A DNA stretch of 64,000 nt from an uncultured Desulfarculus sp. (GTDB lineage: Bacteria; Desulfobacterota; Desulfarculia; Desulfarculales; Desulfarculaceae). A program made the position numbers and the translations under genes. Location: NCBI GenBank assembly GCA_963665125.2, contig CAXXUK010000001.1, positions 1,152,001 to 1,216,000 on the forward strand, written 5' to 3'. Shown here piece by piece: positions 37,912 through 47,791 of the stretch (its first letter is position 1; every line of letters starts with the position of its first letter). The notes beneath the pieces are model-generated. The model did no database searches and was not told the origin of the DNA. It saw only the letters and a program-made list of their open reading frames with translations.

Positions 37912-38865
37912 GTGTCAAGGCCTCCGGCCGTACGGTTGCCATTCACGGCGGGCTGCGCCGTTGGTTCGGCCCTGTTGGGCATAGCGCCGCTGGCCCTGGG
38001 CGTCATTGGCTCGGTGCTCAGTCTGCTCAGCCCTGCTCCGGTACTATTGGCATACGCCAAATACGGCAGCAGGCAAGGTAGGCTTACCGCTGCCGGGGCT
38101 TTGCTCCTGGCGGCTTTGGCCACGGGTTTCGATCCACCCGGGCTTTTGTTCTATGCCGCCATGAGCCTGCCTCTAGCGGTTGCCGCAGGCGAACTGCTGC
38201 GGGCGGGACACGGGGCTCCAAGGGCCATTGCCGGTGGCACTCTGCTGGCGGTTGTGATCATGGCCGTGACCATGGCCATAGGCACCGGCGGCGATCTCGA
38301 GGGCCTCGAGCAGATCTGGCAGAGGCAATGGTCTCAGGTGGAAGCCACCATAGGCCATGCCGCAGATCAGAGCGAGGATATAAGCCCCGAGCAAAGATAT
38401 GAGCTGTCGGAGCAGCTTCGCGCAATCGGCGGGATTTTGTACCACACCACGCCGGGTATAATCTTCGGATTCTGCCTTTTAGTGACTTGGGGCAATGTCC
38501 TGCTGATAAGGCAAATAGCCGCCAGGCAGACCGGCCAAAAGCCCCAACGGTTGGCCGATTGGCAGACGCCGTTCCACATGATCTGGTTTTTGGCGGCAGC
38601 CTTGGCCGTGGCCGCCTTTGGCGATGGCTGGCTCTTTTGGCTGGGCGTCAATATGGTCATCGCCTTATGCATGATCTACTTTCTGCAGGGCATGGGCTTT
38701 TTGACGCACTTTATGAAAAAGCACAGCGTCCCGATGTGGTTCAGAGTCTGTGTCTACATAATGGTCTTTGTTGCCTCGCAGACCTCGCTGATTTTACTTG
38801 CGATAGCGGGTCTGTTTGATACATGTTTTAATCTCAGACGGTTTGCCGTCGGCAGGCCGGGCTGA
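37912..38865 (+). CDS. DUF2232/YybS family membrane protein
   Basis: Multi-TM, YFLQG and GLFD..FNLR; position between rpsR and rplI. Confidence 0.88.
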   Translation: MSRPPAVRLPFTAGCAVGSALLGIAPLALGVIGSVLSLLSPAPVLLAYAKYGSRQGRLTAAGALLLAALATGFDPPGLLFYAAMSLPLAVAAGELLRAGHGAPRAIAGGTLLAVVIMAVTMAIGTGGDLEGLEQIWQRQWSQVEATIGHAADQSEDISPEQRYELSEQLRAIGGILYHTTPGIIFGFCLLVTWGNVLLIRQIAARQTGQKPQRLADWQTPFHMIWFLAAALAVAAFGDGWLFWLGVNMVIALCMIYFLQGMGFLTHFMKKHSVPMWFRVCVYIMVFVASQTSLILLAIAGLFDTCFNLRRFAVGRPG

Positions 38866-38887
38866 TTGTAATTCGGAGGAAATACCA

Positions 38888-39442
38888 ATGCAGGTCATCC
38901 TCACTAAAGAAGTTCTGGGTCTTGGCGACCCGGGCGAGACAGTGACCGTAAAAAACGGCTATGCCCGTAACTACCTCATTCCCAAGGGGTTTGCGCTTCA
39001 GGCGACCAAGAAGAACATGGTTCTCCTGGAGTCCGAGCGCAAGCGTCTGGAAACCCAACAGGCCAAGGAAGCCGAGACTGTCCGGGCCGAAGCCGCGGGT
39101 ATCAACGGCGCCAAGGTGACCATCGCCGTGCGGGCCGGTGAAACCGGCAAGCTCTACGGCTCGGTGGCCACCAAGGACATCGCCGCCGCCCTGGCTGAGT
39201 TGGGTCATGACGTGGACCGCCGCCGGATCATGCTCGACACCGCCATCAAGGACCTTGGCGAGTACCCGGTGAAGATCAAGCTGCACCCCCAGGTGTTCGT
39301 AGAGATCGCCGTTGTGGTTGAAGGCATAATCGAAAAGTCTGAAGTTCAAATTGCCGAGGCAGCCCCCGCCGCCGAGGTTGCCGAAGCGGACGAGGCAGCC
39401 GAGGAAGCCGGTGAGGCCGAGGAAGAGCTCGACGAGGAGTAG
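38888..39442 (+). CDS. rplI: 50S ribosomal protein L9
   Basis: MQVIL, VKNGYARNYLIP, GKLYGSV. Confidence 0.98.
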   Translation: MQVILTKEVLGLGDPGETVTVKNGYARNYLIPKGFALQATKKNMVLLESERKRLETQQAKEAETVRAEAAGINGAKVTIAVRAGETGKLYGSVATKDIAAALAELGHDVDRRRIMLDTAIKDLGEYPVKIKLHPQVFVEIAVVVEGIIEKSEVQIAEAAPAAEVAEADEAAEEAGEAEEELDEE

Positions 39443-39445
39443 GAT

Positions 39446-40843
39446 TTGGCTGGCCCTGGCCGTGTGCCGCCCCATGACATGGAAGCCGAGCAAGGCGTCC
39501 TGGGTGGCGTATTGGCCCACGGTGAAGACGTATTGGCCACAATTGCGGCCAGTCTGGGCAGGGGAGCCTTTTACGACAGGCGTCACGGCCTTATCTATGA
39601 GGCCATGCTCAAGCTCTATGACAAGGGCCAGCCTGTCGATCTTATTACCACGACCAGCCGACTAAGAGATGACGGCCAACTCGACCAGGTGGGCGGTGCA
39701 GCCTACCTGACCGAGTTGGCTGATGTTGTTTTGTCTCCGGCCCACATCGACCACTACGCCTCGCTGATCCGCGACAAGGCCATGCTGCGCGGTTTTATCG
39801 GCGCGGCCTCCCAGGGCATCGAGGAGGCCTATGCCAACCAGGGCGACCCGGACATGGCCCTGGAGGCCGCGGAAAAGGCCATTTTCCAGGCCACCCAGGA
39901 ACGCCTGACCAGCAGCATGCAATCCATGCGCGACGTGGTCACTTCGGCCCTGGCCGTATTGCAGGCCCGCTTTCAAAACAAGGGCCAGGTCCTGGGCGTG
40001 ACCACCGGCTTCAAAATGCTCGATCAGCTCACCACCGGCCTGCAACCAGGCGACCTGATTATCATCGCCGGACGTCCGTCCATGGGCAAGACAGCCTTCG
40101 CCCTGAACATCGCGGCCAACGCATCCATCCGCGGCGGCGTGCCCACGGCGGTGTTCAGCCTTGAAATGAGCGCCGAGCAGCTTGGCTTGCGCCTGCTGGC
40201 CAGCGAGGCCCGGGTTTCGGGCTCCAAGATCCGCAGCGGTTTTCTGAGCCAAAACAAGGACTGGCCTTGCCTGACCGAGGCCGCCGACGTTCTGTCACAG
40301 GCCCCGATCTTCATCGACGACACGCCGGCCATCACCGTTTTGGAGATGCGCTCCAAGGCCCGCCGCCTGCGTAGTGAGCACAATCTCGGCTTTATCGTCG
40401 TGGACTACTTGCAGCTCATGCGCGGCCGCACCGGCACGGACAGCCGGGAGCAAGAAATCAGCGACATCTCCCGGTCCCTCAAGGCCCTGGCCAAGGAGCT
40501 GAACGTGCCCGTTGTGGCCCTGAGCCAGCTCAACCGCAAGGTGGAGGAGCGCCCCAACAAGCGCCCCATCCTATCGGACCTGCGCGAATCCGGGGCCATT
40601 GAGCAGGACGCCGACGTCATCGCTTTTATCTACCGCGAAAAAGTCTACCGTCAAAAGGCCCAAAAAGAAGAAGGCGTGGATGAAGACCTGCCACCCATGC
40701 CCGACGACAACATCGCTGAAATAATCATCGGCAAGCAGCGTAACGGCCCCACCGGCACGGTCAAACTGGTGTTCCTGGACGACCTGACCAAGTTCGAAGA
40801 CATGGCCTTTGACAACATGGGCTATGACGAAATGGCCCAGTAG
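39446..40843 (+). CDS. dnaB: Replicative DNA helicase
   Basis: PPHDMEAEQ, GRPSMGKT, VDYLQLM, DLRESGAIEQDAD; no intein. Confidence 0.98.
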   Translation: MAGPGRVPPHDMEAEQGVLGGVLAHGEDVLATIAASLGRGAFYDRRHGLIYEAMLKLYDKGQPVDLITTTSRLRDDGQLDQVGGAAYLTELADVVLSPAHIDHYASLIRDKAMLRGFIGAASQGIEEAYANQGDPDMALEAAEKAIFQATQERLTSSMQSMRDVVTSALAVLQARFQNKGQVLGVTTGFKMLDQLTTGLQPGDLIIIAGRPSMGKTAFALNIAANASIRGGVPTAVFSLEMSAEQLGLRLLASEARVSGSKIRSGFLSQNKDWPCLTEAADVLSQAPIFIDDTPAITVLEMRSKARRLRSEHNLGFIVVDYLQLMRGRTGTDSREQEISDISRSLKALAKELNVPVVALSQLNRKVEERPNKRPILSDLRESGAIEQDADVIAFIYREKVYRQKAQKEEGVDEDLPPMPDDNIAEIIIGKQRNGPTGTVKLVFLDDLTKFEDMAFDNMGYDEMAQ

Positions 40844-40854
40844 GAGCGCCAAAC

Positions 40855-42492
40855 TTGCCTAAAATCTCCGGCAACACCCAGGGTCTCAAACCCAATCAAC
40901 TCAAGCTCCTGAACAACCTCTACCGCCGCCGCCTGCCGGCCGCCGAGATGATATTGCCTGAGCAAGCCAGGGCCTTGAGCGAGCTTTCTTTGGAGATCGG
41001 CCGCCAGATCGGCCTGGTGGTCAGTCGCAAGGGCGAAGTGGTCAGCGTGGTGGTGGGCGGCCCGGACGGCCTGCCCGGCGTTGATCTGAGCCGCCTGCGC
41101 CGCAGCCGTTCGCGCCTGGCCGGATATGCCCTGATTCACTCGGTATTCGGCCAGGGCGGGCTCAGCCGCGCCGATATGACATCCCTTGCGGATACGCGCT
41201 GGGACTATATCGCCGCAGTGCCCGTGGGCGCCGACGGCCTGCCCGGGCTGGTCACGGCCGCGCACCTGCTGCCCGAGCCGGTTGAAGGCCGGGACGTACG
41301 CGAACTGGACCCCTTCCCTCCCGGACGCCCCAGGGACAACTTCGCGGAACTGGTTTCATCGCTGGAAGACGAATTGGCCCGTTTGGCCCCGCCGCTGGAT
41401 GTGGAGGCCGAGGCCGCGGCGATCTTGATATGCGTGACCACCGGTTCCAGGGCCGAGGCCGAGGAGCACATGCAGGAGCTGGCGGAGCTGGCCCGTTCGG
41501 CCGGGTTGGATGTTCGCGGCAAGGTGATTCAACGCAGGAACAAACTTGATCCGCGTACGGTTCTGGGGCCGGGCCGCCTTTCGGAAGTGCTGTTGACGGC
41601 CCTTCGCCGGGGTGCCTCGGTTCTGGTATTCGACCAGGAGCTTTCCCCCAGCCAGGCGCACAATCTAGCTCTACAAACCGACAGCGGCCTAAAGGTCATC
41701 GACCGCACCCAGTTGATCCTGGATATTTTCGCCCGGCGGGCGGCCACCAGGGAGGGTAAGCTTCAGGTTGAAATGGCCCAGTTGCGCTACCTGATGCCCC
41801 GACTGAGCAGCAGGGACGACGGGCTCAGCCGTTTGACCGGCGGCATCGGCGGCCGTGGCCCGGGCGAAACCAAGCTGGAGATCGACCGCCGCCGGGTCCG
41901 GGAAAAGCTCAACCGCCTGGAAAAGGACCTCAAGCAGGTAAGTCTGCAACGCCAGCGCCGCCGGGACCAGCGCCAAAAAGGCGGGCTGCCGGTGCTGTCC
42001 ATTGTGGGCTACACCAACGCGGGCAAATCAACCCTGCTCAACGCCCTTACCGGCAGCCAGGTTTTGGTGGAAAACAAACTCTTCGCCACCCTTGACCCAA
42101 CCACCCGTCGCTTGCGCTTCCCCCAGGAGCGTGAGGTCATCGTCACCGACACGGTGGGTTTTATCCGTGATCTGCCCGATGAAATGAAAAAGGCATTTGC
42201 CGCCACCCTGGAAGAACTGGCCCAGGCTGATCTGCTTTTACATGTCGCCGATGCCTCCAACCTGCGGGTCGAGGAACAGATCGCGGCGGTGAACCGGACA
42301 TTGAATGACCTGGAGCTTGGTGAAAGGCATTCGCTGTTGGTGCTCAACAAGGCCGACAGGTGCGACGAAGAGACCATGGAGGCACTGGTCAACCGCTACG
42401 GCGGCGTAGCCGTCAGCGCCCTTGACCCCAAGACGCTGCATCCCCTGCTGGAAAAAATCGAAGACATGGCCTTCGGCTTGAAAGCGGATTAA
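40855..42492 (+). CDS. hflX: GTPase HflX (long form)
   Basis: DRTQLILDIFA, GPGETKLE, GYTNAGKS, DTVGF, NKAD. Confidence 0.96.
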   Translation: MPKISGNTQGLKPNQLKLLNNLYRRRLPAAEMILPEQARALSELSLEIGRQIGLVVSRKGEVVSVVVGGPDGLPGVDLSRLRRSRSRLAGYALIHSVFGQGGLSRADMTSLADTRWDYIAAVPVGADGLPGLVTAAHLLPEPVEGRDVRELDPFPPGRPRDNFAELVSSLEDELARLAPPLDVEAEAAAILICVTTGSRAEAEEHMQELAELARSAGLDVRGKVIQRRNKLDPRTVLGPGRLSEVLLTALRRGASVLVFDQELSPSQAHNLALQTDSGLKVIDRTQLILDIFARRAATREGKLQVEMAQLRYLMPRLSSRDDGLSRLTGGIGGRGPGETKLEIDRRRVREKLNRLEKDLKQVSLQRQRRRDQRQKGGLPVLSIVGYTNAGKSTLLNALTGSQVLVENKLFATLDPTTRRLRFPQEREVIVTDTVGFIRDLPDEMKKAFAATLEELAQADLLLHVADASNLRVEEQIAAVNRTLNDLELGERHSLLVLNKADRCDEETMEALVNRYGGVAVSALDPKTLHPLLEKIEDMAFGLKAD

Positions 42493-42497
42493 TCGTT

Positions 42498-43445
42498 TCA
42501 GCGTCGCCGCTCTATTTCCTTGTCCAGGAAAATATGCGCCTGTTGGATGTCCTTGGCTATCTGGTCCCGCAGGGCGTCCACGGATGGAAATTTAACCTCG
42601 CCGCGCAGGCGGGCTGCGAAGATGACCACGATATGTCTGCCGTATAGGTCACCCTTGTAATCCAGCAGGTGTGTCTCGACGCTCAGTTCGCCGTTTTCAA
42701 AGGTGGGGTTGTTGCCGATGTTGGTCACGCCCTTGAGCAGGTTGCCGTCGGCATCCTTGACCAACACCGCATAAACGCCGTCGGCCGGCAGCAGCTCGTC
42801 GCTGACCTTGAGGTTGGCCGTGGCAAACCCCAGGACCTTGGCGCCCCGGCCATGGCCGGTGATGACCTTGCCGGCGATGCGGTACTGCCTGCCCAGCAAC
42901 ATCCGAGCGGCCTCCAGGTTGCCGGACTTGATCTCCTGGCGCACCCTGGTGGAACTGACCGGCCTTTCCTCAACGATAACCGGCCCGACCACGTTCAGCC
43001 CGAAACCGTGCTGCCGGGATTTCTGTTCCAATAACTCCAGGTCGCCAAGCCCCCGGTGGCCAAAGGTGAAGTCATATCCCACCACGATCTCCGAGGCCTT
43101 TAGGCGGCCCACCAGCAGCTTGTCCACGAAACCATCGGCGCTCAGGGCCGCGAAGTCTTCATCGAAGCGCACGCACAGGGCGACATCCATGCCGTTTTCT
43201 TCGATGAGCAGCAGCTTCTGCTCCAGGGGAGTGATCAATGGAAGATTCACCGCCGGGCGCAGTACGCGCATGGGATGGGGCTCAAAGGTCATGGCCACGG
43301 TGGTGCCGCCAATGGTCCCTGCCCGCTCCATGGCCTTGGCGAACAAGGCCTGGTGCCCCAGGTGCACGCCGTCAAAATTTCCGATCGTCACTACCGGCGA
43401 GGGAAATCTCTCCCGCAGTTCTTCCAAGCCTTGCAGTACGACCAT
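42498..43445 (-). CDS. ribF: Bifunctional riboflavin kinase/FAD synthetase
   Basis: IGNFDGVHLGH, GYDFTFG, VSSTRVR, GFATAN, NIGNNPTF. Confidence 0.97.
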   Translation of the reverse strand: MVVLQGLEELRERFPSPVVTIGNFDGVHLGHQALFAKAMERAGTIGGTTVAMTFEPHPMRVLRPAVNLPLITPLEQKLLLIEENGMDVALCVRFDEDFAALSADGFVDKLLVGRLKASEIVVGYDFTFGHRGLGDLELLEQKSRQHGFGLNVVGPVIVEERPVSSTRVRQEIKSGNLEAARMLLGRQYRIAGKVITGHGRGAKVLGFATANLKVSDELLPADGVYAVLVKDADGNLLKGVTNIGNNPTFENGELSVETHLLDYKGDLYGRHIVVIFAARLRGEVKFPSVDALRDQIAKDIQQAHIFLDKEIERRR

Positions 43446-43509
43446 TTTGACTAGGTCCTCCCTTGTAAAAATCTTTATTGTTTGCTCATCCAAAAGATGA
43501 TCAAAGCCC

Positions 43510-43538
43510 TTGACAGCAGAGGGTAGTGATTATATATT
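43510..43538 (+). promoter_or_regulatory. Sigma70 promoter of tRNA-Leu
   Basis: TTGACA-N17-TATATT. Confidence 0.7.
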
Positions 43539-43595
43539 TCGCATCGCTGGTTGGCAAGTTCCGCATAAAATTCGCGGAATTGCCCCGCAAAAAAT

Positions 43596-43682
43596 GCCGA
43601 AGTGGCGGAATTGGTAGACGCGCTAGGTTCAGGGTCTAGTGAGTGTACGCTCGTGGGAGTTCGAGTCTCCCCTTCGGCACCA
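43596..43682 (+). tRNA. tRNA-Leu(CAG)
   Basis: GCCGAAG/CTTCGGC acceptor stem, CAG anticodon, long variable arm, GTTCGAG T-loop, CCA. Confidence 0.97.
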
Positions 43683-43687
43683 AAAAA

Positions 43688-43721
43688 ACACAAACGCAGC
43701 CTCTCGGGGCTGCGTTTTGTA
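43688..43721. terminator. Bidirectional terminator
   Basis: AAAACGCAGCC / GGCTGCGTTTT. Confidence 0.8.
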
Positions 43722-43723
43722 TT

Positions 43724-44266
43724 TCAGCCTAACAAACCAATCACCTGGATTGGAACAGTTATAACCTGACGGAATTTTTCAAGATACCATTGGGTGCGCT
43801 CAAATATAACCATGGAAGATCCATCACGAGGTGAAACTTCTTTAGCAAATGCCTTTGTCGGACAAATATAAATACCAACTTTTATTAAACCAGTGACCTC
43901 TGCTGCCGCTTGAAATCGCAACAAATCTCCGCCTATGAACGATCTGTGGTTAAATGCAACGTCGATACCCACGCTCCTTTTCCAAAAGTCCATAGCCAAA
44001 TCGTTTGAAGAATCTTCAAAGACACTTTTTTCTGACTCCCAACCCAACGATACGAATTTTCTCTTTAAAATTGCGTTTATTGTAGATTGTTTTCCTTTGG
44101 CAGAGGTCTTGCCGTTTTGCACCCTCTCTTCATTTATTCTATCGAATTCTCTAGCTATTTCCTCATTGCCGACCTCATTTATCACCCTATCTACTTCTTT
44201 TTTTAGGTCATAATCTGAATTGAGGATAATATCTGCAAACCGATGAGAATATTTTAAAAAATCCAT
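43724..44266 (-). CDS. BglII/BstYI-like restriction endonuclease fold protein
   Basis: IN..L...F...GWE.E, DFWK..VGIDVAFNH, VGIYI pattern; AT-rich. Confidence 0.7.
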   Translation of the reverse strand: MDFLKYSHRFADIILNSDYDLKKEVDRVINEVGNEEIAREFDRINEERVQNGKTSAKGKQSTINAILKRKFVSLGWESEKSVFEDSSNDLAMDFWKRSVGIDVAFNHRSFIGGDLLRFQAAAEVTGLIKVGIYICPTKAFAKEVSPRDGSSMVIFERTQWYLEKFRQVITVPIQVIGLLG

Positions 44267-44282
44267 TATTTCCCCAAAAAAC

Positions 44283-44312
44283 GAAAAAGGCCCCGGCATA
44301 TGCCAGGGCCAA
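44283..44312 (-). terminator. Terminator after the PEP-CTERM gene
   Basis: GGCCCTGGCA / TGCCGGGGCC + T run on the minus strand. Confidence 0.65.
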
Positions 44313-44337
44313 TGGTAGCTCAAATAGGTGGGCTTTG

Positions 44338-45024
44338 CTAGCTGTTGCGGCGCCTGCGCGCGAACGCCCCCAGCCCAAGGGCCGAACCCAAAAGCACCAG
44401 AGTGGCTGGCTCGGGGGTTTCGGACGCCTTTTGCGACGCCACGATCAGGTTTTGCAGCTTATCGTTGGTGATGACTTCGTAATCAAACTTGAAAGTGTAG
44501 GAGCTCAAATCAGCGGTCATCACGTCATGAAGCATTGCCTGATAAAAGCTGGTTACCGCCCCGTTTTCACTGGTCGATTGAAGATACTTGAAGGCGTCGT
44601 TGCCATGCGAGTCGAATTGGGTAACTTCCCAAACGGCCGAGGACAATGCAGTGATGGTCGCCTTGCGGGAATAACCGCTGACCGGATCATCGTCATTGAG
44701 CCCCAGAGCATAGTTGTCAAGCAGGTACGCGGCCCGCTTGTAGGCGAGATCAAAGTCGTCCCAACCGATTATGTCGAAATTACCGTCGCCCGCGTTGTGA
44801 AAGATATCAACGCAATAGCCGGTGTAGCCGCTTTGCCCGTCAATGGTCGCACTGAATTCGGCGGTATAGGCGGTCTTGTTCTTCCAGTTTTGCCCTTCGG
44901 GCCGAACCTTGGACTTGATGGTGTAGCCCAGGTCCCAACTGACATCAACCATGGCTGCGTTGGCCGCGCCGCACGAAAATACCAGAGCCAGCGTAATCGC
45001 TAATATGGTGCTAATCCTGCTCAT
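44338..45024 (-). CDS. PEP-CTERM sorting domain surface protein
   Basis: Signal peptide; C-terminal TPEPATLVLLGSALGLGAFARRRR. Confidence 0.93.
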   Translation of the reverse strand: MSRISTILAITLALVFSCGAANAAMVDVSWDLGYTIKSKVRPEGQNWKNKTAYTAEFSATIDGQSGYTGYCVDIFHNAGDGNFDIIGWDDFDLAYKRAAYLLDNYALGLNDDDPVSGYSRKATITALSSAVWEVTQFDSHGNDAFKYLQSTSENGAVTSFYQAMLHDVMTADLSSYTFKFDYEVITNDKLQNLIVASQKASETPEPATLVLLGSALGLGAFARRRRNS

Positions 45025-45688
45025 CTTCTAAGCCTCTCGATTATTGATTTGGCCTATCCCAACTATATATGTGCATATAATAACTCACAGCTGTGATTTT
45101 TTCAAAGTTTTTACCGGATTCTAATCATAAAAAAATGTTCATCACCGCTACCACGCAGTCTTCCTATTGCTAAATAGGCTCCGTTTGGGCACCAATCATG
45201 TGAATTTTTGGCCTAATTATGAAGGCCATCTCGCTATAATCACGATGAATAGGTATTCAGCTTTAAAAAAATGTAAAAAATGCTCATTTGAAGCCCAAAG
45301 ATGGTTGATTTTTTAAGTCTCAGTAGGATAGCATTTTTCGTGTTCGGCACGGATTGCAGAAAACGGCTCATTTTTGGGGTCGTGCAAGTTGTAAGCACCG
45401 AGGAGGAAGACAATACCGTGTTCAATTCCTATTGACCAAACAAGTGGTCGGGGCCAGCAATAATGAAATAGCTGGCCACTTTTATTGCCATGGCGGATGT
45501 AAGGGCTCGGTTTAAATCCAAATCCTACTCATCCAACAACTAGCTGATACTGGATAAACGTAGGCTTGGGCTATACCAGGCCAATTAACACCTTTTCGCT
45601 TGAGGTGATTACCACTCGTCAGTTTTTCCGGACAGAAACCGGAACCTCGATGTAGCTGGCGCCTCAATACTTCACAGGAGCGGCGTCT

Positions 45689-46735
45689 ATGGAGATGAAG
45701 CGGGATTACTATGAGGACATACGTCTGCTTGACAGCGGCGCCCAGTGGTTCTGGTTCCTTTTCCTGCTTGCTGTCTTGACGGCCCTGCCATTCATGTTTG
45801 GATCTTACGAGATCTATACAATCAACCTCATTGCCATCAATATTATTGTTGCTCTGGGGCTGAACGTTTTGGTGGGTTACACCGGACAAATCAGCTTGGG
45901 TCATGCAGGGTTCTTTGCCATAGGTGCCTATGGCACACTGGCTCTAATGAAGATAGGCTTACCGTTCGTAGCCGCGTTGCCTTGTGGTGGTCTTCTGGCC
46001 GCTCTATTCGGCTTTTTGCTGGGCTTGCCCGCCCTGCGCCTTGAAGGCCCCTACCTTGCCATAGCCACCTTGGGTTTCGGCCTGACGATCACCCAGATAT
46101 TGGGACGCATCGACTGGCTGGGCGGTCACATGGGCCTGCAGGCACCGGAACTCAACATCTTCGGATGGGTGGTCAACACTGACGCTGAACGGTATGCCAT
46201 CATCATGCCGATAACCGTGATCTCAGCCATCGCTCTGCGAAACCTGACCCGAACAAAGATCGGCAGGGCCTTCGTGTCCATCCGCGACAGCGAAATCGCC
46301 GCAGAGTGCATCGGTGTCAACATTACCTATTTCAAGACACTGTCTTTCGCGGTCAGCGCATTTTTCACTGGCATAGCCGGTGGCCTGATGGCCTTCATTC
46401 TTGGTTTCATCAGCCCCAACACATTCAACCTCATGGTCTCGGTAATGTTCCTGGCCATGATTGTCGTTGGCGGATTGGGCTCAATCCTCGGTTCTGTCAT
46501 GGGGGCTATTCTGATCACCTACTTGGGCCAGGAACTTGAAAAAATCAGCGAACTGCCCATGGTCGGTCCCTTGCTCCTGGAATTGAGCGAAAAGTATCTC
46601 TCCGTAAACGGACTGCCCAACGTACAGTTTGTCGTATTCGGTTTGATCATGGTGCTGATCGTGATTTTCGAACCCCTGGGCCTATACGGCCTATGGATAA
46701 GAACCAAGATCTACTGGCGCACATGGCCATTTTAA
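45689..46735 (+). CDS. HAAT (Liv) ABC transporter permease, LivM-like
   Basis: GYTGQISLGHAGFFAIGAY, LRLEGPYLAIATL, VGGLGS, EPLGL. Confidence 0.95.
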   Translation: MEMKRDYYEDIRLLDSGAQWFWFLFLLAVLTALPFMFGSYEIYTINLIAINIIVALGLNVLVGYTGQISLGHAGFFAIGAYGTLALMKIGLPFVAALPCGGLLAALFGFLLGLPALRLEGPYLAIATLGFGLTITQILGRIDWLGGHMGLQAPELNIFGWVVNTDAERYAIIMPITVISAIALRNLTRTKIGRAFVSIRDSEIAAECIGVNITYFKTLSFAVSAFFTGIAGGLMAFILGFISPNTFNLMVSVMFLAMIVVGGLGSILGSVMGAILITYLGQELEKISELPMVGPLLLELSEKYLSVNGLPNVQFVVFGLIMVLIVIFEPLGLYGLWIRTKIYWRTWPF

Positions 46736-46774
46736 CCTCAACCCTGACTTTAGCCTTTATTTAAAGGAGGAAAC

Positions 46775-47650
46775 ATGCTCGGCCAACTCTTAGTCAGTGG
46801 AATTGCCATCGGTGCCACCTACGCGCTAATGGCACTGGCCATGGTCGTTATCTATAAAACCAGTGAGGTGCTGAACTTCGCCCAGGGCGACATGGGCATG
46901 ATCAGCGCTTTCATCGCCTATACGATGATGGAATCCCTTGGCTACGGCTACTGGGTATCGTTCCCGGTCGCCATTTTGTTCGCCTTTTGCCTCGGCGCGT
47001 TTTTGGAATTCGCATTCCTGCGCAGGGCAAAGGAACCCAACCTGTTGGGCCTTATCATCATTACCCTGGGCATCCAGATGATCCTATACGGCGTGGCTTC
47101 CTGGAAATGGGGCGCCGACCAGAAAATGTTCCCCTTCCCGGTTAGCGACTTTGACGTCCACGACCTGGGCGGCGGCGTTGTCATCAGCGACCTTAACTTG
47201 GTCACGCTGGGCGTCGCCTTTGCCTTGATGATCATGCTGTTCTCGTTCTTCCGCTACACAAAATCCGGCGTAGCCATGAAAGCCACCCAGCAAAACGCCC
47301 AGGTGGCCAAGCTGATGGGTATTCGCGTAAACCGCATTTTAATGATGACCTGGGGAATCAGTTCGGTAATCGGCGCGGCCGCCGCGTTCCTGATCGCCTC
47401 CACTGACACCCTGGACCCCAACCTCATGTGGACGCCGCAGCTCAAGGGCTTTTCCGCGGCGGTTTTGGGCGGCATGACCTCCCTGGTGGGTCCCGTGGCC
47501 GGTGGATTCCTCCTGGGAGTCATCGAAAACCTGTTCGGAGGTTACGTCTCAATTGAATTCAAAAGCGTTGTTGCTTTCGGCGTAATCGTTTTGGTGCTGT
47601 GCTTCAAGCCCAGTGGCTTGTTCGCCAAGCATTACGTGCGCAAGGTCTAA
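46775..47650 (+). CDS. HAAT ABC transporter permease, LivH-like
   Basis: GATYALMA, LNFAQG, AAVLGGM, KPSGLF. Confidence 0.95.
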   Translation: MLGQLLVSGIAIGATYALMALAMVVIYKTSEVLNFAQGDMGMISAFIAYTMMESLGYGYWVSFPVAILFAFCLGAFLEFAFLRRAKEPNLLGLIIITLGIQMILYGVASWKWGADQKMFPFPVSDFDVHDLGGGVVISDLNLVTLGVAFALMIMLFSFFRYTKSGVAMKATQQNAQVAKLMGIRVNRILMMTWGISSVIGAAAAFLIASTDTLDPNLMWTPQLKGFSAAVLGGMTSLVGPVAGGFLLGVIENLFGGYVSIEFKSVVAFGVIVLVLCFKPSGLFAKHYVRKV

Positions 47651-47791
47651 TGACCTGGCGGCCTTGGACCCGGCTTTTAGCACGACCCAAGGCACCGGCG
47701 ATGCCAAACGCAACAACGAATGGATTTAATGAATTAAATAATCGAAACTGGTCGGCCCTCCAACAAGGCCGCCCGATCACGGCGAGGCGCC

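Noticed and set aside
37560..39442. Acidic low-complexity tails of S6 and L9
   Set aside because: Common extensions, not DNA repeats
39446..40843. Intein in DnaB
   Set aside because: Normal length (465 aa) with contiguous motifs
45473..45488. Sigma54 site TGGCCACTTTTATTGC
   Set aside because: GG-to-GC spacing is 11, not 10
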